From an uncultured Gemmatimonadales bacterium (GTDB lineage Bacteria; Gemmatimonadota; Gemmatimonadetes; Gemmatimonadales; GWC2-71-9), in NCBI GenBank assembly GCA_963748815.1, contig CAVVKJ010000014.1, forward strand, positions 128,001 to 192,000: 64,000 nucleotides of DNA. Direction: 5' to 3'. Positions 9,806-19,985 of the stretch are shown piece after piece. The notes beneath the pieces were generated by a model. The model ran no database searches, was not told the origin of the DNA, and was given only the letters and a program-made list of their open reading frames with translations. The stretch's first letter is position 1. Every line of letters starts with the position of its first letter. A program made the position numbers and the translations under genes.

Positions 9806-10885
9806 ATGCGCATCCTTCACCTTTCCCGTTACTACTGGCCCCGGTCGGGGGGGCGTGAGCGCGTCGTCGAGGACCTGGCCGAAGGGGCGGCGGCGCTGGG
9901 GCACGAAGTCGAGGTGGTGGCGGTCCAGAGTCCATCCCGAGGCGACCGGCGAGGGCGTCACCAGTCGCGGGTGACGCGCGTGTTTTCGTTCGGGACGCTC
10001 GGCTCGCAGGATTTCGCGCCGGGATACCTGGCGGCGGCGTGGCACCGGGCGGACATCATCCACGTCCACCATCCCCACACGCTGGCCGACGTAGCGGTCA
10101 TGCTGCGTGCACGCCGGACCCCTTTGGTCGTCACCCAGCATGCCGACCAGCGCCGCAGCCCGCAGCGGTTGGCCTCCCGCATCACGCTGAAGCGCGCCAA
10201 GGCCATCGTGGTTCCGAGCCGTGCGCACATCGCCTTGTGCCAGGAGCTCGAGGGACTTGAGTCGAAGGTGGAGGTCATTCCCTTCGGCATCGACGAGTCG
10301 CGCTGGGCCGAGGTGCCGCCGGCGCCGGAAACCGGCCCGATCCGGGCGCTGTTCATCGGCCGCCTGGCCCGGTACAAGGGGGTGGACATCCTCCTCCGGG
10401 CGCTGGAACGGCTGCCCGAGCTGCGTCTCGATATCGTCGGGACCGGCCCCGAGGCGCCGATGCTGCGCACCCTGGCGCAGGCGCTCGCGGTGACGGACCG
10501 GGTCCGCTGGTACGGTGAATATCCCGACGAGGATATTCCGCGGCGGATGGCGGAGGCCCATTTTCTCGTGCTGCCGTCGGTGACGTCGGAGGAGATGTTC
10601 GGGCTGGTGGCGGTCGAGGCGATGGCGGCGGGCCGACCGGTTATCACGACCGACTTGCCCAGCGGGGTGAGGGAGGTTAATTCTCACGGCCATACGGGGT
10701 TGGTGGTTCCCCTGCGGGACCCGGAGGCGCTGGCCCAGGCCATGTCCGCGCTCGCAGCCGACCCGGCCCTGCGGATCCAGATGGGGGCCGCTGGCCGCGC
10801 GGCGGTCGCTGCCCGGTTCACCCGCATGCAGATGGCAACGGCACACATCGCGCTCTATGAGCGCATCCTGGCGGCCCGGCGGTAG
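9806..10885 (+). CDS. Glycosyltransferase family 4
   Basis: MRILHLSRYYWP..GGRE, FIGRLARYKG, EMFGLVAVEAMAAGRPVI. Confidence 0.9.
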   Translation: MRILHLSRYYWPRSGGRERVVEDLAEGAAALGHEVEVVAVQSPSRGDRRGRHQSRVTRVFSFGTLGSQDFAPGYLAAAWHRADIIHVHHPHTLADVAVMLRARRTPLVVTQHADQRRSPQRLASRITLKRAKAIVVPSRAHIALCQELEGLESKVEVIPFGIDESRWAEVPPAPETGPIRALFIGRLARYKGVDILLRALERLPELRLDIVGTGPEAPMLRTLAQALAVTDRVRWYGEYPDEDIPRRMAEAHFLVLPSVTSEEMFGLVAVEAMAAGRPVITTDLPSGVREVNSHGHTGLVVPLRDPEALAQAMSALAADPALRIQMGAAGRAAVAARFTRMQMATAHIALYERILAARR

Positions 10886-10922
10886 CCGGATGCCGTTTCT
10901 TCACCCTTCGGAGGCATCACTG

Positions 10923-11594
10923 ATGTCGGTCACTCGCTCTGCCGCCGCGCTCGCGGCGCTCGCCGGATTGGCGCTCTTCGCGACGCCCGCCCAGGCACAG
11001 TACTCGGAGACCTCGGCGTGGATCACGCCGTTCGCCGGCGCGTACTTCGGCGGCTCGTTCACGCCGACGTCCAACATCTACGGCGTCACCAAGCTGGACG
11101 TCGGGACTGCCTTCACCTTCGGCGCCCGCCTCGGCTACAAGTTCAATCCGTCCATCGGCCTGGTGTTCGAGTATGCGCACGCCGACCCGAGCATGACGAT
11201 CAAGTGCGGCACGCTGGGCGCGGACTCGATCTGTAACCAGAGCCTCGACCTGAGCTCCAACATCTACGAAGCCACCTTCAACTTCTACTTCGGCAGCACG
11301 CCGCAGGCGCAGGGCTACATCGCCATCGGTGGCGGCGCCGCCAGCATGGGCGCAAGCACGACGATCAACGGGTCAACAGTGGAGGGCAGCTCGACCCAGT
11401 TCAGCACGGTCTTCGCCCTCGGCGGGACCAAGATGTTCAACGAAAAGGTCGGCATGACCCTCGACGGCCGCTATCGCTGGGTGAACGTCGACGGCGCTGA
11501 TTCCTACTACTGCTACTACTACTGCTACGCCTACGACACCTCGTGGTACGGCAGCGGGGAAATCACCCTCGGCGTCAAGTACCAGTTCAAGTAG
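10923..11594 (+). CDS. Outer-membrane beta-barrel protein (8-strand type) with signal peptide
   Basis: GGAGG SD; signal ending AQA-Q; alternating amphipathic strands; C-terminal LGVKYQFK. Confidence 0.75.
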   Translation: MSVTRSAAALAALAGLALFATPAQAQYSETSAWITPFAGAYFGGSFTPTSNIYGVTKLDVGTAFTFGARLGYKFNPSIGLVFEYAHADPSMTIKCGTLGADSICNQSLDLSSNIYEATFNFYFGSTPQAQGYIAIGGGAASMGASTTINGSTVEGSSTQFSTVFALGGTKMFNEKVGMTLDGRYRWVNVDGADSYYCYYYCYAYDTSWYGSGEITLGVKYQFK

Positions 11595-11606
11595 GCCTGG
11601 GCCAAC

Positions 11607-11683
11607 GGGCCCTTAGCTCAGGTGGTTAGAGCAGCGGACTCATAATCCGTAGGTCCCTGGTTCGAATCCAGGAGGGCCCACCA
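11607..11683 (+). tRNA. tRNA-Ile2 (anticodon CAT, lysidine type), CCA encoded
   Basis: GGGCCCT/AGGGCCC acceptor stem, anticodon loop CTCATAA, GGTTCGAATCC T-arm; closely resembles enterobacterial tRNA-Ile2. Confidence 0.9.
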
Positions 11684-11704
11684 CTAGGGCGGGGACTGAG
11701 AGTG

Positions 11705-11755
11705 AAGGACTGAGGACTGAGAGGGCGATCCCTCGACGTCCTCAGTCCTTTTCTC
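11705..11755 (+). terminator. Heptamer-built hairpin/terminator downstream of tRNA-Ile2
   Basis: AAGGACTGAGGAC (11705-11717) pairs with GTCCTCAGTCCTT (11738-11750); inner GAGGG/CCCTC stem; followed by T-rich tract. Confidence 0.6.
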
Positions 11756-11973
11756 TTGGCTCAGTCCTCAGTGCTCACCTCCCCTCCGGATGCCTTCACC
11801 ACACCCTCACATGCTTTTCACCCCCCGCCACCTAGCTTGGCTCGTGCAGGCAAGATTGTCAGCCTTTGGCTGGCGCCCCGAGGAGGTTCCGGTATGGCAG
11901 CAGCAGTGAGGCGGCATGCTGCCAAGGGTTCTCGTCGGCACTCAACCTCCTCTTGATCGAATTGGAGCACTTC

Positions 11974-12975
11974 ATGTTGGATGGAAACGTCCATAAGGCT
12001 GTGACTATTGCTGCGGCCGTGTTGTCAATTCTTGGGGTCGGCTGCTCCCAAGACACGGTGGTGGAACCGATCACCGGAGCGGCGACCGTCTCGGCGAGCG
12101 GCCAAGAGGGGCAAGTCGTCCTTGAACCTATGTGCAAACTCGGATGTATGGATGTAGACCCGGACCCGGAGTCCCCGGGTGTCTTTCTTGGTAGCGGGGT
12201 AACTGACGAAGTGTGCTTCACCTCAGCTCAGACTGACAACGATGCGGACGGACTCTCCACCTTCTGCGAGAACAATCTCGCCATGGCGTTCGCGCCGGAG
12301 CTTCGGTACGCCTACGGCGACGAAGTAGGGCGCGAGCCATATTGGGCTGCTCGCCCTGGTTCCGGTGGAACCGTGGTCATCGCATACCTCATCGGCTATT
12401 ATCGGGATGCGGGAAGTAGTGCCGGGGTCTGCAACCTGCCTCCGCCTCTATACGACCCTTCGTGCGACGGACACAATGGCGACTCCGAAACCATCCTTCT
12501 CGAAGTCTACTATGACTCGGATACACACCACTGGATTCTGAGTCAGGCTACTTACTCCCAACACGAGAGCTACGGGATCTATTCCACCTCCTCAGGATCA
12601 GGGTTTAATTACCCCTACATGCTTGACTATCCAGGCCACCCTGGTGCCTACCCTAGGAGCTATGTGTCTGAGGGGAAGCACGCCAACTATTCTTCCGAGA
12701 TCGAATGTGAGGCTGGGGGAGGCTTCGCTGCTGATACTTGTGCTGGAGTAGACACTTCAGAGCGGCTCATTGTGAGCGGGGCATATAACGTCGGCAGCCA
12801 TTCTGTACACCTGATTGACTGCGTCGGCAGCCGTGATTGGCACTATATCTACTACGGGAGTGGGCGTCTGGAGTGCTACTGGACGACTTCCAATTTCCGA
12901 GGATGGATTCCCACGTTCGTAGGTGGTGCGGAATCGAGCCCCTATCACAACCGCCTCATCTATGGGGGATTCTAG
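11974..12975 (+). CDS. Cys-rich lipoprotein of unknown function (islet cargo; possible distant Vps62/NPP1-like fold)
   Basis: GGAG SD; lipobox LGVG-C; 10 further Cys; GHNGDSE, YSQH and YVSEGKHANY motifs. Confidence 0.7.
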   Translation: MLDGNVHKAVTIAAAVLSILGVGCSQDTVVEPITGAATVSASGQEGQVVLEPMCKLGCMDVDPDPESPGVFLGSGVTDEVCFTSAQTDNDADGLSTFCENNLAMAFAPELRYAYGDEVGREPYWAARPGSGGTVVIAYLIGYYRDAGSSAGVCNLPPPLYDPSCDGHNGDSETILLEVYYDSDTHHWILSQATYSQHESYGIYSTSSGSGFNYPYMLDYPGHPGAYPRSYVSEGKHANYSSEIECEAGGGFAADTCAGVDTSERLIVSGAYNVGSHSVHLIDCVGSRDWHYIYYGSGRLECYWTTSNFRGWIPTFVGGAESSPYHNRLIYGGF

Positions 12976-13337
12976 TGTTGGCCCGAGCGTTCCTTGGCCT
13001 CGCTTTGTGCAGCGTCCTCGCTGCTGGAACGGCTGAGGCGCAATCGGGCTCGCTCACAGCCGCGAGCCCTGTCTGGTCCGTCTCTCGCCCCACAGCGCAG
13101 CACCGTGTTCCCGAAATGAGGATGTCGGGGACCAGCAAGAGCTACTGGTTTGAAGGGTTGATTGTCGGTGGGGTCGTATTCGGCGCGATGGGGGCAGCAA
13201 TCGCGAGCTCAAACTGTTCCAATTCTGAACTGGCTGATTCCGGGAGCTGCGTGGACAACACCCTACTTGGCGCCTTGGTTGGCGCTGCGATTGGTGCGGC
13301 TCCAGGGGCGTTGATCGGCGGGCTATTCCGGAAATAA
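12975..13337 (+). CDS. Small secreted/membrane glycine-zipper protein (islet cargo)
   Basis: GTG overlapping upstream TAG; signal ending AEA-Q; two GxxxG-rich helices flanking a Cys pair; stop 6 nt before the att repeat. Confidence 0.65.
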   Translation: MLARAFLGLALCSVLAAGTAEAQSGSLTAASPVWSVSRPTAQHRVPEMRMSGTSKSYWFEGLIVGGVVFGAMGAAIASSNCSNSELADSGSCVDNTLLGALVGAAIGAAPGALIGGLFRK

Positions 13338-13343
13338 GGCGAC

Positions 13344-13388
13344 CTCATAATCCGTAGGTCCCTGATTCGAATCCAGGAGGGCCCACCA
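13344..13388 (+). repeat. Duplicated 3' portion of tRNA-Ile2 (att-like direct repeat)
   Basis: CTCATAATCCGTAGGTCCCTGATTCGAATCCAGGAGGGCCCACCA; begins exactly at the anticodon loop; G>A change in the T-stem. Confidence 0.92.
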
Positions 13389-13410
13389 ACGGGATGAGGA
13401 CTGAGAGCAG

Positions 13411-13461
13411 AGGACTGAGGGCCGAGGGGGCCCCCCCCCGAGGCCATCAGTCCTTTATCTT
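13411..13461 (+). terminator. Second heptamer-built hairpin downstream of the duplicated tRNA 3' end
   Basis: AGGACTGA-G-GGCC...GGCC-A-TCAGTCCT followed by TTATCTT. Confidence 0.55.
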
Positions 13462-13470
13462 GCTTGGTCC

Positions 13471-13540
13471 TCAGTCCTCAGTCCTCAGTCCTCAGTCCTC
13501 AGTCCTCAGTCCTCAGTCCTCAGTCCTCAGTCCTCAGTCC
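13471..13540 (+). repeat. Perfect tandem heptamer (TCAGTCC) x10
   Basis: 70 nt counted directly. Confidence 0.97.
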
Positions 13541-13617
13541 GCCCCCCTTTCGGCCCCCCGCGGACCGCAGTATCCTGCAGATTGGTTCTTTCGCCATATC
13601 CATCGAGGAGTCCTCCC

Positions 13618-14451
13618 ATGACGAAGCGCACTATCAGGCTGCTGATGGCCCTGCTGACCATCTCGGCCATTCCCGCGACGCTGACCGCCCAGGAAACCGT
13701 CAAGGTGGACGGCGTCATCGTGGCGCGCTCCGGCGCCGAAATGATCGTCCATCCGCAGGGCGCCACCGGGAATACCACCGTCACCCTCTCGAACGACACC
13801 AAGGTCGAGGTGAAGGGCGGGCCGCTCGGGGTCAAGAAGTCCTCGATGGGCCCCGCCACCCTGATTCCCGGCCTCAAGGTCGAGGTGCAGGGCACCCCGG
13901 GCGCCCACGGGGGCGTCGCGGCGACCAAGGTGGAATTCAGCTCGGGCGACCTCAAGACCGCCAACGAGATCCAGGCCGGGGTGAACCCGACGGCCGAGCT
14001 GGCGGACTCCAATGCGGCGGGGCTGGCGGAAAACAAGGCGGAGACCGACTCGCTCAGCAAGCGGTTCGGGCAGTTGGGTGACTACGACGTCATCGCGCAG
14101 GACACGGTGTATTTCGGGGTGAACAGCTCGGTGATCTATCCGGCCGGACAGCAGACGCTCAAGGCGTTCGCGGCCAAGGCGCAGGGGATGGCGTCCTATA
14201 ACATCCTGGTGGCGGGGTATACCGACGCCTCGGGCAACGCGGAATACAACCAGCAGCTCAGCGAGCGGCGGGCCCAGGCCGTCATCGAGTACCTCGAGCA
14301 GAAGGCGGACATCCCGTTGTACCTCGTGCTCGCGCCGGCGGCGATGGGCTTTTCGCACCCGGCGGCTTCCAACGAGACCCAGGAGGGCGCGGCCAAGAAC
14401 CGTCGCGTGGTGGCGTCCATCGTGGTCAACCGCGGCATCACCGGACAATAG
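13618..14451 (+). CDS. OmpA-family peptidoglycan-binding protein with N-terminal beta-rich (DUF5666-like) domain
   Basis: GAGGAG SD; signal peptide; VYFGVNS, GYTDASG..YNQQLSERRAQAV, KNRRV. Confidence 0.88.
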   Translation: MTKRTIRLLMALLTISAIPATLTAQETVKVDGVIVARSGAEMIVHPQGATGNTTVTLSNDTKVEVKGGPLGVKKSSMGPATLIPGLKVEVQGTPGAHGGVAATKVEFSSGDLKTANEIQAGVNPTAELADSNAAGLAENKAETDSLSKRFGQLGDYDVIAQDTVYFGVNSSVIYPAGQQTLKAFAAKAQGMASYNILVAGYTDASGNAEYNQQLSERRAQAVIEYLEQKADIPLYLVLAPAAMGFSHPAASNETQEGAAKNRRVVASIVVNRGITGQ

Positions 14452-14463
14452 GAAGGCGAGACG

Positions 14464-14664
14464 ATGAGTAGACGGATCGTGGCGGCCTCGGCCGCGATGG
14501 CCGGCACCGTGCTGGCCATCGGCACCGTTTCCACGCCGCTGCCATCCGGCTGCACCACCAAGCCTGCCAGCGGGGTCGAGTACTACCAGTGCGGACCGAA
14601 CTGGTATCGCTCGGCGTTCCAGGGAAACACCCTCGTCTACGTGACCACCGAGGCGCCGAGCTGA
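14464..14664 (+). CDS. Small protein, DUF6515-like (LPxGC...YYQCG..WY)
   Basis: GGAAGG SD; LPSGCTT..GVEYYQCGPNWY..GNTLVYV pattern. Confidence 0.55.
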   Translation: MSRRIVAASAAMAGTVLAIGTVSTPLPSGCTTKPASGVEYYQCGPNWYRSAFQGNTLVYVTTEAPS

Positions 14665-14683
14665 CCGGCCAGGGCCGCCGCGC

Positions 14684-15004
14684 ATGACAGGAGAGCGCCT
14701 CTCGGGCAGGCGGCTCGCGCTGGCATTTGCCATCGCGGCGGTGTCCGATGCGCTCTCGTTCGCGCTGGCACTTGCGCCGCCGCTGCAATGGGCGGCCGAT
14801 GCCGGGACGGCGCTGCTGTTGTTCGCGATGCTGGGCTGGCAGTGGGTCCTGCTTCCGGGGCTCATCGTCGAGGCGATCCCTGGCCTGGCCGTCTTCCCTT
14901 TCTGGGTGCTGGTCGTGGGGGCGGTGGCGACGTGGGGACGGGTGCGGCCGCCGGCCAGCCGGACCCTCCCGCGCGAGGGCGGGGGCCAGACGCCCGAGCA
15001 GTAA
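14684..15004 (+). CDS. Small integral membrane protein
   Basis: Hydrophobic; LLPGLIVEAIPGLAVFPFW. Confidence 0.6.
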   Translation: MTGERLSGRRLALAFAIAAVSDALSFALALAPPLQWAADAGTALLLFAMLGWQWVLLPGLIVEAIPGLAVFPFWVLVVGAVATWGRVRPPASRTLPREGGGQTPEQ

Positions 15005-15150
15005 CAAGGCCCTGCGCCCGCTCCCCCGCCGATGCCGCGGGCGGCCGGCTCCATCCCATTGGCGCATTCCGATCAGGCGCGTAGCTTAGGTAGCATGCCA
15101 CGTTCGTGCGATCCGCGATTCTCTCCCTCCCTCGTATTCTGAGTTCCCTC

Positions 15151-16779
15151 ATGACCGATCGTCGAGACTTCCTGAAGGCCGCCGGCGTCACCGCCGCGGC
15201 CCTCGCCTCGGACGGCCTCCTCCGGGGCGCCTTCGCGTCCCCGTCGGCCGCCGCACCGTCGTCCACCGTCGGGCCGACCATGGACCCGGCCACGAGGGAT
15301 CTCCTCATGGAGGCGCTCAACGCCGCGAAACGGGCCGGTGCCAGCTACGCCGACGTCCGCATCGGGCGGCAGCGCAGCAGCTTCATCAGCACGCGGGAAG
15401 ACCACATTCAGTTTTCCGCGGAAAACGACACGCTGGGCGCCGGGGTGCGGGCGCTGGTGGACGGCACCTGGGGCTTTGCCGCGACCAAGACCCTCAACAA
15501 GGAGGGGGTGGCGGGTGCGGCCCGTGAGGCGGTGGCCATTGCCAAGGCGGATCGGATCGCCCGCGGCCAGCCGGTCGAGCTCTGGCCGTCGCCGTCGTAT
15601 CCCGATGTCAGCTGGCAAAGCGTCTATGAAATCGACCCCTTCACCATCTCCCTCGAGGAGAAGGTCGACCTGCTGCTTCGGGCCAACGCCGAGGCGATGA
15701 AGGTGCCCAACGTCAAGTTCGCCTCCAGCTCCATCTCGATGGTGAAGGATGAGCGGAACTACGCCAACACCGACGGGTCGGTCATTGCGCAGCAGTTCTT
15801 CCGAATCGCGCCGAACCTCACGGCCACGGCCGTGGCCCCGGACCGCTCCGATTTCCAGTCGCGGTCCTCGCAGGTTCCGCCGGCGAGCCGCGGATGGGAG
15901 TATGTGCTGTCCGCCGACCTGGTCGGCAATGCCCAGCAGTGGGGCGAGGAGGCGGCGCAGAAGCTGACCGCCAAGCCGGTGGAGGTCGGCCGGTACGACC
16001 TGATCCTGCATCCGACGCACCTCTGGCTCACCATCCACGAATCGATCGGGCACCCGACCGAGCTCGACCGCGCGATGGGCTACGAGGCCAACTACGCCGG
16101 CACCAGCTTCGTGGCGCCGCCCAAGTCGGTGCTCGGCAAGCTCAAGTATGGCCCGGAGTTCATGAACATCCAGGGCGACCGGTCGCAGGAGGGCGGACTG
16201 GCCACCATCGGCTGGGACGACGAGGGGGTCAAGCCGAACGACTTCCTGATCATCAAGCACGGTGTCATGAACGACTACCAGACCACCCGCGAGCAGGCCG
16301 GCTGGCTCAAGTGGTGGTACGACGAGCAGGGTATCCCGACCCGCTCGCACGGCTGTTCCTACGCCCAGAACTGGGGCAGCGTCCAGTTCCAGCGGATGCC
16401 CAATATTTCACTCCTGCCCGGGGCCGACGAGCGTTCCTGGGAGGACATCATCGCCGCCACCGACCGGGGCATCGCCATCATGGGCGACGGGTCGTTCTCC
16501 ATCGACCAGCAGCGCTACAACGCCCAGTTCGGCGGCCAGGTGTTCTACGAGGTCCGGGGCGGCAAGATTGTCGGCATGATGAAGGACGTCGCCTACCAGA
16601 TCCGCACGCCGGATTTCTGGAACTCGATGGACATGATCGGCGGGAAGTCGAGCTACATGCTGGGTGGCGCCCTGAACGACGGGAAGGGACAGCCCGGGCA
16701 GAGCAACGCAGTGAGCCATGGCTGTGTGCCCGCTCGCTTCCGGCAGGTGAACGTGATCAACACCGGGAGGACGGCATGA
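15151..16779 (+). CDS. tldD: TldD-family metalloprotease with Tat signal
   Basis: DRRDFLK twin-arginine signal; HESIGH zinc motif; WDDEG, QRMPN, C-terminal SHGC. Confidence 0.9.
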   Translation: MTDRRDFLKAAGVTAAALASDGLLRGAFASPSAAAPSSTVGPTMDPATRDLLMEALNAAKRAGASYADVRIGRQRSSFISTREDHIQFSAENDTLGAGVRALVDGTWGFAATKTLNKEGVAGAAREAVAIAKADRIARGQPVELWPSPSYPDVSWQSVYEIDPFTISLEEKVDLLLRANAEAMKVPNVKFASSSISMVKDERNYANTDGSVIAQQFFRIAPNLTATAVAPDRSDFQSRSSQVPPASRGWEYVLSADLVGNAQQWGEEAAQKLTAKPVEVGRYDLILHPTHLWLTIHESIGHPTELDRAMGYEANYAGTSFVAPPKSVLGKLKYGPEFMNIQGDRSQEGGLATIGWDDEGVKPNDFLIIKHGVMNDYQTTREQAGWLKWWYDEQGIPTRSHGCSYAQNWGSVQFQRMPNISLLPGADERSWEDIIAATDRGIAIMGDGSFSIDQQRYNAQFGGQVFYEVRGGKIVGMMKDVAYQIRTPDFWNSMDMIGGKSSYMLGGALNDGKGQPGQSNAVSHGCVPARFRQVNVINTGRTA

Positions 16780-18115
16780 GCGACGTCGTGATGTCTCGCG
16801 CGGACGCCCAGGCGCTCCTGGAGCGCGTCATGGGCTTTTCGAAGGCCGAGCGGGTCCAGGTGAGCCTCAACAGCTTCCGCACGGCGAACACCCGGTTTGC
16901 GGCCAACCAGCTCTCCACGGCAGGCACGGTGGACGACGCCGGCGTCTCGATCCAGAGCTGGTATGGCTCCAAGCACGCCGCGGCCCGCACCAACGACCTG
17001 TCGGACGCGTCGCTGCGCGCGGCGGTGGCGCTGTCGGAGGCGCAGGCCCGCCTCGCCCCCGAGGACCCGGAAGACATGCCGCTGCTCGGACCCCAGACCT
17101 ACGTCCCCGTCATGTCCTGGTTCGATTCCACTGCGGAGCTTACCGCCGGGGGCCGCGCGCAGGCGGCGCTGACGGCCCTCGAGGTGACCCGCGCGTCGCG
17201 CGACCTGCTCGCCTCGGGATTCCTCGAGACCAGGGCCAGCGCCACGGCCCTGGCGAACAGCGCCGGGCTCTTTGCGTATGATCGCACCACGTCGGCCAAC
17301 TACACGTTGACCGTGCGGACCACCGATGGCACCGGCTCCGGTTGGGCGGGAGCCGACAACCCCGACTGGTCGAAGCTGGATTTCCGTTCGGTGAGCACCA
17401 GGGCCATCGACAAGGCGCGCGCCTCCCGCGATCCGGTGGCCATCGAGCCGGGCCGCTACACCGCCATCCTGGAGCCGCAGGCCGTCGGCGACCTGACCCA
17501 GCTCATGCTCTTCGCCCTGTCGGCCCGTTCGGCGGACGAGGGCCGGAGTCCCTTCGCGAAGGAGGGCGGCGGCAACAAGATCGGCGAGAAGATTCTCGAC
17601 GAGCGCATCAGCATGATCTCCGATCCGCAGGATCCCATCCTGCTGGCCCGACCCTTCGACGGCGAGGGGCTGCCGCTCGGCCGCCAGGTGTGGGTCGAGA
17701 ACGGGGTGCTGAAGGCGCTGAACTACTCCCGCTACTGGGCCAAGAAGTCCGGGAATACGCCCACCGGCGGCCCGAGTTCCTGCCTGGTGCCCGGTGGCAC
17801 CACCTCGGTGGACGAGATGATCGCCCAGACGGAGCGTGGCGTGCTGTTGACCCGGCTCTGGTACCTGCGGCAGGTGGATCCGCGCACGATCCTGTACACT
17901 GGGCTCACGCGGGACGGCACCTTCCTGATCGAGAACGGGAAGATCAGCAAGGCGATCCGGAACTTCCGGTTCAACGAGTCGCCGCTGTTCATGCTCAACA
18001 AGGTGGACGCGATGGGGCCGGCCCAGCGACTGGCCGGCACCGAATCGGGAGGCGACGTCGCGATGCCCGCCCTCAAGGTGCGCGACTTCAACTTCACGAG
18101 CCTGTCGGAGGCCGT

Positions 18116-18119
<4 letters not shown>
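16776..18119 (+). CDS. TldE/PmbA-family protein
   Basis: TRFAAN, PGRYTAILEPQAV, PFDGEG, TGLTRDGTFLIENG, NFRFNES; ATGA overlap; no HExxxH. Confidence 0.88.
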
Positions 18120-19105
<986 letters not shown>

Positions 19106-19106
19106 G

Positions 19107-19985
19107 GTGCCGGCATCGAGCCTCCGAAGCTACGGCCCCCTCCTCGACGCGTTGGCCGGCCTCTCCTGGCCCGCGCGGCGTCCGGTCGGCGCCGGCGCCG
19201 CCGGGAGCCACCCCTCCCGGCTCCGCGGGATGGCTGCCGACTTCACCGAGTATCGCCCCTATCGCTTCGGCGATGATCCGCGGCGGCTGGACTGGAAGCT
19301 CCTGGCCCGGACCGATCGCGCCTACCTCCGTCTGACCGACGACAACGCCACGCGCTCCACCCTCATCCTGGTCGATGGGTCGGCCTCGCTCGCCTTCCCA
19401 TCGGACACCCTTTCCAAATGGACGCAGGCCTGCCGCCTCGCGGTGGGGCTCGCCTCCGTGGCGCGCAACGACGGCGATCCGGCAGGGTTGGTCGTCTCGC
19501 ACGAGCGCCGCCCTGTTCGCCTGGTCCCGCGGGCCCGGTCCGGCGCCATTCCGGAAATGGCGCGGGCGCTCCAGGCCCTCACGCCGGAGGGTTCCGCGCG
19601 CCTGGGCCCCGCGCTGGAACAGGTGCGCGCCGGCTGGCGGCTGGTGCTGATCTCCGATTTCCTGGGTGACGAGGTGGAGCTGCTTCCGCTGGTGCGGCAA
19701 CGCATCGTGGCCGGGGCGGAAGTCTTCGCCGTGCAGATCGTTGCGGACGAGGAGCTGCAGCCCCCGGAGGCCACCCGCCTCGCGGTGGATCCGGAACGCC
19801 CTGCGGTCCGGCATGTGCTGCAGGCCGGTGTGCACCGCGAGTACGCCGAACGCTTTGCCGCCTGGCGCGCCACGCTGCGGAGCGAGTGGCGGCACGCGGG
19901 CGCGGAATTCACCGAGGTGCGCGCCGAGGAGGATTCCGCCCGCGCCATCCGGCGGATCGTGGCCGGTGCGGAGGGCTCGCCGTGA
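19107..19985 (+). CDS. DUF58 (VWA-related) protein
   Basis: GSHPSRLRG, DFTEYRPYRFGDDPRRLDWK, ILVDGSAS, VLISDF. Confidence 0.88.
   Translation: MPASSLRSYGPLLDALAGLSWPARRPVGAGAAGSHPSRLRGMAADFTEYRPYRFGDDPRRLDWKLLARTDRAYLRLTDDNATRSTLILVDGSASLAFPSDTLSKWTQACRLAVGLASVARNDGDPAGLVVSHERRPVRLVPRARSGAIPEMARALQALTPEGSARLGPALEQVRAGWRLVLISDFLGDEVELLPLVRQRIVAGAEVFAVQIVADEELQPPEATRLAVDPERPAVRHVLQAGVHREYAERFAAWRATLRSEWRHAGAEFTEVRAEEDSARAIRRIVAGAEGSP

Larger units (their letters stand above)
11639..13388. mobile_element. tRNA-Ile2-anchored genomic islet (about 1.7 kb) bounded by 45-bp direct repeats, no integrase
   Basis: 11639-11683 repeated at 13344-13388 with one mismatch; interior visibly lower in GC with different codon usage. 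Confidence 0.82.

Noticed and set aside
11607..11683. tRNA-Met call from the CAT anticodon
   Set aside because: Lacks initiator features (C1:A72 mismatch, three G-C pairs in the anticodon stem), and the sequence resembles tRNA-Ile2. Elongator Met is not strictly excluded without a covariance model.
13344..13388. Second tRNA gene
   Set aside because: Only the 3' 45 nt are present; there is no 5' acceptor strand or D-arm.
13471..13540. Possible CRISPR array or SPQSSVL-repeat protein (ORFs 13394, 13464)
   Set aside because: Pure 7-nt tandem with no spacers and no cas genes; the ORFs are translations of the repeat overlapping the real OmpA gene.
14464..15004. Small ORFs as RiPP precursors for TldD/E
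   Set aside because: No leader/core pattern and no modifying enzymes (YcaO, radical SAM) adjacent; they look like a small secreted domain and a membrane protein.
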